From the NCBI GenBank assembly GCA_041659785.1, contig JBAZXO010000001.1:177649-241648 (forward strand): DNA of 64,000 bases, written 5' to 3'. Positions 8,822 through 16,664 of this stretch are shown here, piece after piece. Both the position numbers and the translations under genes were made by a program. Source of the DNA: Minisyncoccota bacterium (GTDB lineage Bacteria; Patescibacteriota; Minisyncoccia; Phycocordibacterales; UBA9973). The first letter of the stretch is position 1. The number at the start of each line of letters is the position of its first letter. The notes under the pieces were generated by a model. That model worked only from the letters and a program-made list of their open reading frames with translations. It was not told the DNA's origin and did no database searches.

Positions 8822-10039
8822 ATGCAAAACCCATATCAAAACGCAATGGCACAGTTAGACAAGGTCGCTAAGGTCAAGAATTTAGGTGACGAATTTATTG
8901 CTCGCATGCGAGTACCTGACAGAGATGTCAGAATTTCAATCCCTGTAAAAATGGATGACGGAACACTTAAAATATTTGAAGGATACAGAGTAGAACACAA
9001 CAATGCCCTAGGACCCTACAAAGGAGGAATAAGATACCATCATGATACTGAAATAAATGAAGTGAAGGCACTCGCCTTCTGGATGGCAATAAAATGCGCT
9101 GTAGCTGGCATAGCAATGGGTGGAGGTAAGGGTGGCATAACCGTTGATCCGAAAAGTTTATCTAAAGGAGAACTCGAGAGACTTTCTCGTGGATGGGTAA
9201 AAAGATTAGCAGATATTTTAGGACCAAATAAAGATGTTCCCGCACCAGATGTAAATACAACTCCAGAAATAATGGACTGGATGGCTGATGAATTTGAAAA
9301 AATTACTGGTGACAAGACGAGAGCTACATTTACAGGAAAACCTCTCGGTAAAGGCGGATCAGAAGGTAGAGGTCCAGCTACAGGACTCGGTGGATTTTAT
9401 GTTTTTGATTCTCTTCGTGCACAACTAGGCTTACCAGAGAAATGTGAAGTTGTCGTGCAAGGCTTCGGAAATGTTGGACTAAATGCTGCACAGATCTTCA
9501 TCGAACATGGACACAAAGTTCTCGCAATTTCAGACTCAAAGGGTGGAGTTTATAATGCAAGTGGTCTCGACATAAATAAACTCGTTGAACATAAAAAGGC
9601 TAATGGTTCCCTTTCCGGTTTTGAAGGTAGTAAAAATGTCACAAACGAAGAACTTCTAGAAATACAATGCGATGTCTTAGTCCCTGCTGCTTTTGAAAAC
9701 CAAATAACTGATAAAAATGCAAAGAATATCAAAGCAAAGGTTGTCTTAGAGCTTGCAAATGGCCCGACAACACCAGAAGCTGATGAAATCTTATTTAGTA
9801 AGGGCATAGCTGTGATCCCAGACGTTTTAGCTAACTCTGGAGGAGTCACAGTTTCTTTCTTCGAATGGGAACAAAATTTAAAAAATGAACATTGGACTGA
9901 AAAAGAAGTATTCGACAAACTTCTCGTATTGATGAATGACGCTGCACAAAAAACATTCGCAAAAGCAAAAGAATCAAATACTCATCTTCGCATAGGAGCT
10001 TTTATTTTAGCTCTTGAAAGAATTAAAGCTAAGATGTAA
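8822..10039 (+). CDS. gdhA: glutamate dehydrogenase (Glu/Leu/Phe/Val dehydrogenase family)
   Basis: KGGIRYH catalytic-lysine motif and GFGNVG Rossmann motif. Length 405 aa. Confidence 0.9.
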   Translation: MQNPYQNAMAQLDKVAKVKNLGDEFIARMRVPDRDVRISIPVKMDDGTLKIFEGYRVEHNNALGPYKGGIRYHHDTEINEVKALAFWMAIKCAVAGIAMGGGKGGITVDPKSLSKGELERLSRGWVKRLADILGPNKDVPAPDVNTTPEIMDWMADEFEKITGDKTRATFTGKPLGKGGSEGRGPATGLGGFYVFDSLRAQLGLPEKCEVVVQGFGNVGLNAAQIFIEHGHKVLAISDSKGGVYNASGLDINKLVEHKKANGSLSGFEGSKNVTNEELLEIQCDVLVPAAFENQITDKNAKNIKAKVVLELANGPTTPEADEILFSKGIAVIPDVLANSGGVTVSFFEWEQNLKNEHWTEKEVFDKLLVLMNDAAQKTFAKAKESNTHLRIGAFILALERIKAKM

Positions 10040-10045
10040 TATAAA

Positions 10046-10072
10046 ATTTACGAAGGACAGACCTTCGTAAAT
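10046..10072. repeat. conserved hairpin ATTTACGAAGG-acaga-CCTTCGTAAAT (copy 1 of 2)
   Basis: 11-bp perfect stem directly after the gdhA stop. The same stem occurs at 40159-40183 in inverted orientation. Confidence 0.6.
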
Positions 10073-10098
10073 GCGCGGTTAGCTGTTTTGGTGGATAA
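10073..10098 (+). repeat. degenerate duplicate of the tRNA-Val 5' half (GCGCGGTTAGCTgttttGGTgg)
   Basis: The first 12 nt are identical to the tRNA-Val 5' end located 73 nt downstream. The remainder is similar but decayed. Confidence 0.5.
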
Positions 10099-10145
10099 CG
10101 TTATATTTAGATAGAAAGTCGATTGCATTATAAATAATGCAATTT

Positions 10146-10218
10146 GCGCGGTTAGCTCAGTTGGTAGAGCGTGTCTTTGACGTAGACAAGGTCACAGGTT
10201 CGATCCCTGTATCGCGCA
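10146..10218 (+). tRNA. tRNA-Val (anticodon GAC)
   Basis: Acceptor GCGCGGT/ATCGCGC. D-arm GCTC-AGTTGGTA-GAGC. Anticodon stem TGTCT/AGACA with loop TTGACGT. T-arm ACAGG-TTCGATC-CCTGT. Confidence 0.8.
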
Positions 10219-10240
10219 CATTAAATTTGCAAAAAAATAA

Positions 10241-10268
10241 CCCGCACAAATTTCGTGCGGGCTTTTTT
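10241..10268 (+). terminator. rho-independent terminator after tRNA-Val
   Basis: CCCGCAC-aaatttc-GTGCGGG stem followed by T6. Confidence 0.7.
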
Positions 10269-10301
10269 GTTTGTGGAGTTCATATTCCGAACTCCGAGAT
10301 A

Positions 10302-10910
10302 TTATGACTTCAGGTCGTCCCCAAAATCATCAACTTCTTCTTCAATCTTGGGAGGAATCAGTTTTATATCCCATCCCTCATACCCAGTAGAAAGTATTAT
10401 GTGGACCTTCTCCTGACGAAGGGTGTGGGCTAAAATTGACCCTACGCCATTAAGAAACTCCTCAATGATGTGTCGAGATGCGGTCATGGGATTTACGTAA
10501 CCGCTATAGATTAACTGCGGTTCTCTTTCTGTGGACGCATCCCCACCAGATCCATCCATTTGAGCACTGAGATACGTCTTCGTTGTGAAGTGCCCGTCCA
10601 CGTAGAATTTGTTTTCCAGAACCGATTGCCGAAGGAAAGCTTCAATGAGCCCCATCGCCACTTCGGGATGATGCTCTTCGATCCTTTTGCCAATCCGACA
10701 CCGGACCATGCCGCATTGAACCGAAAATTTCCACACAACATTGCGTGAGCCTTGAGTGTACTCGAAGGCAGGATGTATTCTGCCCCTTGCTATGGCTTGA
10801 ATTTCTTTCTGATGCTCGGTGAGCATGGTGTCCCTTTCATTGTGCGAGGCTGTGCTCGCGTAGGTTGGGGGTTGTGAGCGACTTCTAGGCCACTCGTTGG
10901 AATAAAACAA
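10302..10910 (-). CDS. hypothetical protein with acidic C-terminal tail, encoded by a compositionally foreign (GC-rich) gene. TTG start at 10910, or ATG at 10826.
   Basis: ORF of about 200 aa whose DNA is roughly 50% GC, against about one-third in flanking DNA. It ends ...EEEVDDFGDDLKS. No family recognised. Confidence 0.5.
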   Translation of the reverse strand: MFYSNEWPRSRSQPPTYASTASHNERDTMLTEHQKEIQAIARGRIHPAFEYTQGSRNVVWKFSVQCGMVRCRIGKRIEEHHPEVAMGLIEAFLRQSVLENKFYVDGHFTTKTYLSAQMDGSGGDASTEREPQLIYSGYVNPMTASRHIIEEFLNGVGSILAHTLRQEKVHIILSTGYEGWDIKLIPPKIEEEVDDFGDDLKS

Positions 10911-10933
10911 AGATCAAAATATCACCTTTAGAT

Positions 10934-10962
10934 AATATAGCATTCTAAAACACTACTGTCAA
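10934..10962 (-). promoter_or_regulatory. sigma70-like promoter TTGACA-17-TATATT for the GC-rich ORF
   Basis: On the minus strand: TTGACA (plus coordinates 10957-10962), a 17-nt spacer, then TATATT (10934-10939). Confidence 0.45.
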
Positions 10963-11013
10963 GTTTTGATGCTTGGAAAATAAGGACTAATTTGATACAA
11001 TGGATAAACTTTT

Positions 11014-12159
11014 ATGAAACTTTTAAGCATAGAAACGTCTTGCGATGACACAGCAATAAGTATATTCGAAGTAAATGGAGGCATTCAAAATGCTTCTTTT
11101 AAGGTGCTCGCAAATAATTCAAATTCTCAGATAAACATACACATCCCCTATGGTGGCGTGTACCCAGCACTCGCAAAAAGAGAACATGAGAAAAATCTGC
11201 CAATTCTGCTTGAAGCAAGCTTGCTACAGGCTAAACTTAAAAAAGGTCGAACCTTTTTGAATTCCCAAGGTCCGACCTTGAATCCGGGCATAGATGCCAT
11301 CGCTGTGACTTATGGACCAGGTTTAGAAATGTCTCTTTGGACAGGACTCACTTTTGCAAAAGATTTAGCCAAGAAATGGAAAGTGCCTTTAATTCCCACG
11401 AACCACATGGAGGGTCATGTACTTTCAATTTTTGGAAAAGATAAAGGAAAATTTAAAATATCAAAATTAAAATTGCCCATGCTTACCCTCTTGGTATCTG
11501 GAGGGCATTCACAGCTCGTACTAACAAAAAAATGGATGCAATATGAAATAATCGGAGAATCATTGGATGATGCAGTCGGCGAAGCTTTCGATAAGGTCGC
11601 CAGAATGCTCGACCTCCCCTACCCAGGTGGCCCACAGATCTCAAAACTTGCAGAATCTTCCCGTACACCAGGTGTCCGGGAAAACAAAATAAAGCTTCCT
11701 CGCCCAATGTTGAAATCTAAGGATTTTAATTTCTCTTTTTCTGGACTTAAAACAGCTGTACTTTATTTAATACGAGACTTAGGTGGCATAGAAAAGTTAA
11801 GTGAGAAAACAAAAAGTGAAATAGCTATGGAATTTGAAAATGCTGCTATCGAATGCCTAGTTTATAAAACAGCTAAAGCAATCGAAACGTATAAAATCAA
11901 AACTCTAATCGTAGCTGGAGGAGTAGCTGCAAATAAACATTTAAGAAATGAAATAAAAAAAGTTACCACCGCCAAGGCGGGGCAAGCCGGTAAAAAAGTA
12001 AAACTTCTATTGCCTCTAAATGAACTGAACGGAGACAACTCTCTAATGATTGGCATAGCTGGTTACTTGAATTACATAAAAAATAAAAAGAAAGTCCCTA
12101 AACTAGATAGCATAAAAGCGACTGGTAATTTAAGGCTCGGAGAGTCGCCAAAACAATAG
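11014..12159 (+). CDS. tsaD: tRNA N6-adenosine threonylcarbamoyltransferase TsaD (Kae1/Gcp family)
   Basis: MKLLSIETSCDDTAISI N-terminus and an HMEGH metal-binding motif. Length 381 aa. Confidence 0.9.
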   Translation: MKLLSIETSCDDTAISIFEVNGGIQNASFKVLANNSNSQINIHIPYGGVYPALAKREHEKNLPILLEASLLQAKLKKGRTFLNSQGPTLNPGIDAIAVTYGPGLEMSLWTGLTFAKDLAKKWKVPLIPTNHMEGHVLSIFGKDKGKFKISKLKLPMLTLLVSGGHSQLVLTKKWMQYEIIGESLDDAVGEAFDKVARMLDLPYPGGPQISKLAESSRTPGVRENKIKLPRPMLKSKDFNFSFSGLKTAVLYLIRDLGGIEKLSEKTKSEIAMEFENAAIECLVYKTAKAIETYKIKTLIVAGGVAANKHLRNEIKKVTTAKAGQAGKKVKLLLPLNELNGDNSLMIGIAGYLNYIKNKKKVPKLDSIKATGNLRLGESPKQ

Positions 12160-12172
12160 CGGGTATGATATT

Positions 12173-14320
12173 ATGTCTTATATGAACGAAAAGCTGCTCA
12201 AGCCCTACGACCCTAAAAATACTGAGGAAAGAATCTACAAACTTTGGGAAGAAAGCGGTTTTTTTAATCCCGACAACTTACCTGACGACAGAAAAGAAGC
12301 GTTTACCATAATAATGCCACCAGCAAATGCTAATGGATCACTTCATGCAGGACATGGTTTAGTCATGACTATTGAAGACATCATTGTTCGATATAAAAGA
12401 ATGCAGGGTTTTAAAACACTTTGGCTTCCAGGACTCGACCATGCTGGCTTTGAAACACAAGTAGTTTACGAAAAACAATTAGAAAAAGAAGGACGAACAA
12501 GGTTCGGGATGGATCCAGAATTATTGTATAAAGAAATTTTAAATTTCACTCTTACTAATTCGGTAAATATAAAATCTCAAATAAAACAAATGGGAGCATC
12601 GTGTGACTGGTCACGCGAGAAATTTACCCTAGACGATGATGTAGTAAAAATTGTTTATCAAACATTCAAAAGAATGTATGCAGATGATTTAATATATAGA
12701 GGAAATAGAATTGTTTCTTGGTGTTCAAAACATCAGACTTCTTTTTCTGATTTGGAAATTAAAGATGAAGAACGTATAGATAGTTTATATTATTTAAAAT
12801 ATGGGCCATTCGTTATAGCCACCTCAAGACCAGAAACGAAATTCGGTGACAAATATGTGGTAATGCACCCTGACGATAAAAGATATTTGGAATACAAAGA
12901 TGGTCAAAAAATCGACTTGGAATGGATTAACGGCCCCATAACAGCAACTGTGATAAAAGACGACGCTATTGATATGGAATTCGGAACAGGTGTAATGACC
13001 ATCACTCCTTGGCATGACAATACTGATTTTGAAATTGCAGAAAGGCATAAACTAGACAAAGAACAAATAATAGATGAATTTGGTAAATTGCTTCCAGTTG
13101 CTGGAGAATTTGCTGGACAACATATAAAAAAAGCAAGAGCACTTATAATTGAAAAACTTCAAACAAAAGGATTAGTAGAAAAAATAGAAGAAAACTATAA
13201 ACACGTAGTTAGAACATGCTATAAATGTGGAACTGTAATTGAACCACAAATAAAAAGTCAGTGGTTCGTAAGGATGAAACCATTAGCCGAGAAAGCATTA
13301 GAAAAAATAAATAGCGAAGAAATAAAATATATTCCTGAACATTATAAGAAAATAACAACTTACTGGTTAGAAAATATTATGGATTGGAACATTTCTAGAC
13401 AAATCGTCTGGGGTATTCCTATACCAGCAAAAATCTGCACTAAATGCGGACATGGAATGGTGGATCTTGAAAATAAAATAACAAAATGTACTTCTTGCTC
13501 CGGTGAGGTAATAAAAGATAATGATACTTTTGATACTTGGTTCTCATCTGGACAATGGCCTTATGTAGTACTCGGATATCCTGACAAAAAAGATTTTAAA
13601 ACTTTCTATCCTACTAATGTGATGGAAACTGCCGGAGATCTTGTATTCTTCTGGGTTGCTCGAATGATAATGCTCGGACTTTACGTCACAGGTGAAATTC
13701 CATTTAAAACTATATATATGCACGGAATGGTACTCGATGCCAAGGGACAAAAAATGAGCAAGAGTAAAGGAAATGTGATAAACCCACTAACCCTGACAGA
13801 AAAATATGGCACTGATGCATTTCGAATAGGTATGGTTGTCGGTAACACTCCTGGAACATCTCTTTCTCTCTCTGAGGATAAAATACGAGGTTACAAAAAC
13901 TTCGCAAATAAAATCTGGAATGCGACACGCTTTGTATTAGACAATACGAAAAATTTTATTATTCCCGAAATACCAGAATATGATGAAGAAGATAAAAAGT
14001 CAGATGAAGAGTTAAAAGCTCTGATGCAAGAAATAACAAAAGAGATGGATGAATACAAATTCTACATCGTAGCAGAAAAACTTTACCATTATTTCTGGCA
14101 TACTTTCGCTGATATCATTATTGAACGATCAAAAAAGAAGATTTCAGAAAATAAAAACGCCGACTCTGCAAAAGCTCTACTATATACACAACTCACTACC
14201 CTGCTAAAAGCTCTTCATCCATTTATTCCATTCGTTACAGAAGAAATTTGGTCGATGTTACCTAAAGAAAACAACCAGCAAAATAAAAATCTTTTAATAA
14301 TAGAAAAATGGCCTCAGTAA
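12173..14320 (+). CDS. valS: class I aminoacyl-tRNA synthetase, most likely valyl-tRNA synthetase lacking the C-terminal coiled coil
   Basis: PPANANGSLHAGHG (HIGH) and KMSKSKGN (KMSKS) motifs, with a CP1 editing-domain-sized insert. At 715 aa it is short for ValRS, so an IleRS or LeuRS relative cannot be excluded. Confidence 0.7.
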   Translation: MSYMNEKLLKPYDPKNTEERIYKLWEESGFFNPDNLPDDRKEAFTIIMPPANANGSLHAGHGLVMTIEDIIVRYKRMQGFKTLWLPGLDHAGFETQVVYEKQLEKEGRTRFGMDPELLYKEILNFTLTNSVNIKSQIKQMGASCDWSREKFTLDDDVVKIVYQTFKRMYADDLIYRGNRIVSWCSKHQTSFSDLEIKDEERIDSLYYLKYGPFVIATSRPETKFGDKYVVMHPDDKRYLEYKDGQKIDLEWINGPITATVIKDDAIDMEFGTGVMTITPWHDNTDFEIAERHKLDKEQIIDEFGKLLPVAGEFAGQHIKKARALIIEKLQTKGLVEKIEENYKHVVRTCYKCGTVIEPQIKSQWFVRMKPLAEKALEKINSEEIKYIPEHYKKITTYWLENIMDWNISRQIVWGIPIPAKICTKCGHGMVDLENKITKCTSCSGEVIKDNDTFDTWFSSGQWPYVVLGYPDKKDFKTFYPTNVMETAGDLVFFWVARMIMLGLYVTGEIPFKTIYMHGMVLDAKGQKMSKSKGNVINPLTLTEKYGTDAFRIGMVVGNTPGTSLSLSEDKIRGYKNFANKIWNATRFVLDNTKNFIIPEIPEYDEEDKKSDEELKALMQEITKEMDEYKFYIVAEKLYHYFWHTFADIIIERSKKKISENKNADSAKALLYTQLTTLLKALHPFIPFVTEEIWSMLPKENNQQNKNLLIIEKWPQ

Positions 14321-15009
14321 TAAATGATCCGAAAATTTTAATCATGGCATTCTTGGGAGGAATTATTCCTTCCCTTTTGTGGCTGTGGTTTTGGCTTAAG
14401 GAAGATGAAGAACATCCAGAACCCAAAGGAATGCTCGCTATTGTGTTTATCATGGGAATGATCTCAGTCATAGCAGTTTTACCAATTCAAAAATTTATTC
14501 AAGATCATGTAAGCTCATATGAGGGCCAGCTTGTATTGTGGGCTAGTGCAGAAGAGATATTGAAATATATTGCGGTTTTAGCAATCTTATATGATACGAA
14601 CAATGCCGATGAACCAATAGATTGGCCTATATACATGATCACTGTGGCTTTAGGCTTTGCTGCTCTTGAGAATATGCTATTTTTACTTAAAATTTTTCCT
14701 TTATCAATAGGTACAACCCTAAGCCTAAGCACGGGCAACCTCCGGTTCCTCGGGGCAAACCTATTACACGCTATTTCAAGTGCAATAATAGGAATCTCAA
14801 TAGGAATTTCCTTCTACTTGCAGGAATGGAAAAGAAATATTTTTCTTGTATTTGGGTTTATTGTTGCCATTGCCTTGCATAGTGCCTTTAATTTTTTTAT
14901 AATAAGGAATAATGGAAATGATTTTTTGCAAGTGTTAGCATTTTTGTGGGTCGTCACAATTATAATCATGTTACTTTTTGAAAAAATTAGAAGAATGAGC
15001 GGAGAATAA
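14308..15009 (+). CDS. PrsW/CAAX-family intramembrane protease-like protein
   Basis: Multi-pass membrane protein with EEILKY (EExxK) and ALHSAFNFF (FxxxH-like) motifs of the PrsW family. Its start overlaps the valS 3' end. Confidence 0.5.
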   Translation: MASVINDPKILIMAFLGGIIPSLLWLWFWLKEDEEHPEPKGMLAIVFIMGMISVIAVLPIQKFIQDHVSSYEGQLVLWASAEEILKYIAVLAILYDTNNADEPIDWPIYMITVALGFAALENMLFLLKIFPLSIGTTLSLSTGNLRFLGANLLHAISSAIIGISIGISFYLQEWKRNIFLVFGFIVAIALHSAFNFFIIRNNGNDFLQVLAFLWVVTIIIMLLFEKIRRMSGE

Positions 15010-15051
15010 TTAATAGCCTAAAACCCCAAAGCAATACTTAGGGAAAATATT

Positions 15052-15519
15052 ATGGAAAATAAAAAAAGAAGTTTTTTTGAAAGATTGACTGGTAGTGTTT
15101 CTTCAGAAGAAGAAAACCCTAAAAAGGATTATCCCGGAAAAGGTAATAATGGTGATAAGAAAAATAATTGGATAGAAGAAGAGAACGAAGAAGCAGAATT
15201 GTCCGTTGACCTATATCAAACACCAACTGATATTATCGTGCAGACAATGGTGGCTGGAGTTAAACCAGAAGATCTAGAGCTCTCAATCGCCCGAGACATC
15301 ATAACTATCCGTGGTAAAAGAGAAGAAAATAGAACAATAGATGAAGATAACTATTTTACTAAAGAACTTTATTGGGGTAAGTTTTCCCGTACTATTTCCC
15401 TCCCCGCCGAAGTAGAACCCGAAGAAGTCGAAGCTACAGAGAGACACGGCCTCGTCACTATCAAAATCAAAAAAGTAGATAAAGAAAAGAAAAATACTGT
15501 TAAAGTAAAATCTATCTAA
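15052..15519 (+). CDS. small heat-shock protein, Hsp20/alpha-crystallin family
   Basis: Alpha-crystallin domain. The pattern LSVDLYQT...VQTMVAGVKPEDLELSI...GKFSRTISLPAEVEPEEVEA is typical of Hsp20. Confidence 0.85.
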   Translation: MENKKRSFFERLTGSVSSEEENPKKDYPGKGNNGDKKNNWIEEENEEAELSVDLYQTPTDIIVQTMVAGVKPEDLELSIARDIITIRGKREENRTIDEDNYFTKELYWGKFSRTISLPAEVEPEEVEATERHGLVTIKIKKVDKEKKNTVKVKSI

Positions 15520-15533
15520 ATACAACACAAAAC

Positions 15534-15569
15534 AAAATCCGTCGCTCAGAAGCGACGGATTTTGTTTTG
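15534..15569. terminator. bidirectional intrinsic terminator
   Basis: 13-bp stem AAAATCCGTCGCT-caga-AGCGACGGATTTT flanked by T-rich runs on both strands. Confidence 0.75.
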
Positions 15570-15571
15570 TG

Positions 15572-15643
15572 TGCCTGGGGGCAGAATCGCACTGCCGACC
15601 TATCCCTCTTCAGGGGAGAGCTCTACTACTGAGCTACCCAGGC
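15572..15643 (-). tRNA. tRNA-Phe (anticodon GAA)
   Basis: Acceptor GCCTGGG/CCCAGGC. D-arm GCTC-AGTAGTA-GAGC. Anticodon loop CTGAAGA, with a C-U mismatch at the stem top. T-arm GGCAG-TGCGATT-CTGCC, with G at position 55. Confidence 0.7.
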
Positions 15644-15654
15644 ATATTTTATTT

Positions 15655-15927
15655 TTAAATTCCTATTTTCTTTAAAAGGTCTTGAACAGGGGTATCATTT
15701 AATTTCTGTTGAGTGCCAGAAATTGAATCCCATAAACTTATCGCCTTGTTCATATAAGGCTCTAGAAAATAAAAAGACCCTAATGCAATACCAATTACTA
15801 TAAGAACCTTAAGGCCGGACCAGAAGGTTGCCCATTTTTGGACATTTCTGATTTTGTGGAGCATCTTATTATTCTCCTCTGCAAGGGCATATGTATCCTC
15901 TAATAATTTTTTGGATTCAGGATCCAT
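15655..15927 (-). CDS. hypothetical single-pass membrane protein, 90 aa
   Basis: ORF with one hydrophobic segment (LKVLIVIGIALGSFYFL). No family recognised. Confidence 0.35.
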   Translation of the reverse strand: MDPESKKLLEDTYALAEENNKMLHKIRNVQKWATFWSGLKVLIVIGIALGSFYFLEPYMNKAISLWDSISGTQQKLNDTPVQDLLKKIGI

Positions 15928-15948
15928 ATTTATAATTTAGCATAAAAC

Positions 15949-15981
15949 ATAAAAAAAACCAATTCCAAATTGGTTTTTTTT
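15949..15981. terminator. bidirectional intrinsic terminator
   Basis: A8-ACCAATT-cca-AATTGGT-T8. Confidence 0.7.
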
Positions 15982-16000
15982 ATGTTAGATTGTAGCTATA

Positions 16001-16072
16001 GCCCTCGTAGTTCAATGGATAGAACGAATTCGTCCTAAGAATGAAATGTAGGTTCGATTCCTGCCGAGGGCA
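16001..16072 (+). tRNA. tRNA-Arg (anticodon CCU)
   Basis: Acceptor GCCCTCG/CGAGGGC. D-arm GTTC-AATGGATA-GAAC. Anticodon loop GTCCTAA. T-arm GTAGG-TTCGATT-CCTGC. Confidence 0.7.
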
Positions 16073-16086
16073 CACAAACTGAGAAT

Positions 16087-16113
16087 AAAAACATGCATTT
16101 CTGCATGTTTTTA
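16087..16113. terminator. bidirectional intrinsic terminator
   Basis: 11-bp stem AAAACATGCA-tttc-TGCATGTTTT with a T-run. Confidence 0.7.
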
Positions 16114-16219
16114 TGTTTGTGTGCCGACCACAGTGATGTTTTGCGAGCACGCAAAACCACGAGGGGCGGGCTGCGAAAATTTCGAGCGACGGCGAGAAAT
16201 TATTTGTAGCCACACAATC

Positions 16220-16453
16220 CTACAAACCTAGAAGCTTTGCTATCTTTGGTTTATCGAAGCCGACAGTGAGTTCGTTCCCTATTATGATTACAGGCACGCC
16301 CATTTGTCCGCTTTTTTCCATCATTTCTTTTCTTTTTTCAAGATCAGTCGCTACATTGTAGTCTGTATAGACGATACTATTAGCAGTAAAGAAATCTTTC
16401 GCCATGTGGCAGAAATGACAAGTTGGGGTTGAATAAATAGTTACATTTTGCAT
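16220..16453 (-). CDS. glutaredoxin-like protein (NrdH/Grx family)
   Basis: 77 aa with a CHFC active site near the N-terminus and a GVPVIII thioredoxin-fold motif. Confidence 0.75.
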   Translation of the reverse strand: MQNVTIYSTPTCHFCHMAKDFFTANSIVYTDYNVATDLEKRKEMMEKSGQMGVPVIIIGNELTVGFDKPKIAKLLGL

Positions 16454-16510
16454 ATTCTTTATAAATTATCTTTTAATATTCTAATTATAGCATACGTGTC
16501 AAGTTAACTA

Positions 16511-16581
16511 GTGCGGGATGCGGGAATCGAACCCGCGTTTAATCCTTGGGAAGGACTCGTCATACCACTAAACTAATCCCG
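16511..16581 (-). tRNA. tRNA-Gly (anticodon CCC)
   Basis: Acceptor GCGGGAT/ATCCCGC. Anticodon stem AGTCC/GGATT with loop TTCCCAA. T-arm GCGGG-TTCGATT-CCCGC. Confidence 0.75.
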
Positions 16582-16621
16582 CAACATGTATTTCTAAACT
16601 ATTTTTGTAGACTTAGAAATA

Positions 16622-16649
16622 CTCGCATACCACTAAACTAATCCCGCAA
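16622..16649 (-). repeat. near-perfect duplicate of the 5' 27 nt of tRNA-Gly (one indel), preceded by a 10-bp hairpin at 16586-16620
   Basis: GCGGGATTAGTTTAGTGGTATG-CGAG versus GCGGGATTAGTTTAGTGGTATGACGAG in the intact gene 40 nt away. Confidence 0.6.
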
Positions 16650-16664
16650 ATACATAGGAAGAAC

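Noticed and set aside
10511-10748. Two small ORFs (10511-10741 minus strand, 10560-10748 plus strand) inside the GC-rich gene
   Set aside because: They are nested in alternative frames of a longer, better-supported ORF. Higher GC simply lowers stop-codon frequency.
15980-16213. 77-aa minus-strand ORF
   Set aside because: It overlaps tRNA-Arg and two terminator hairpins, and has no coding signature.
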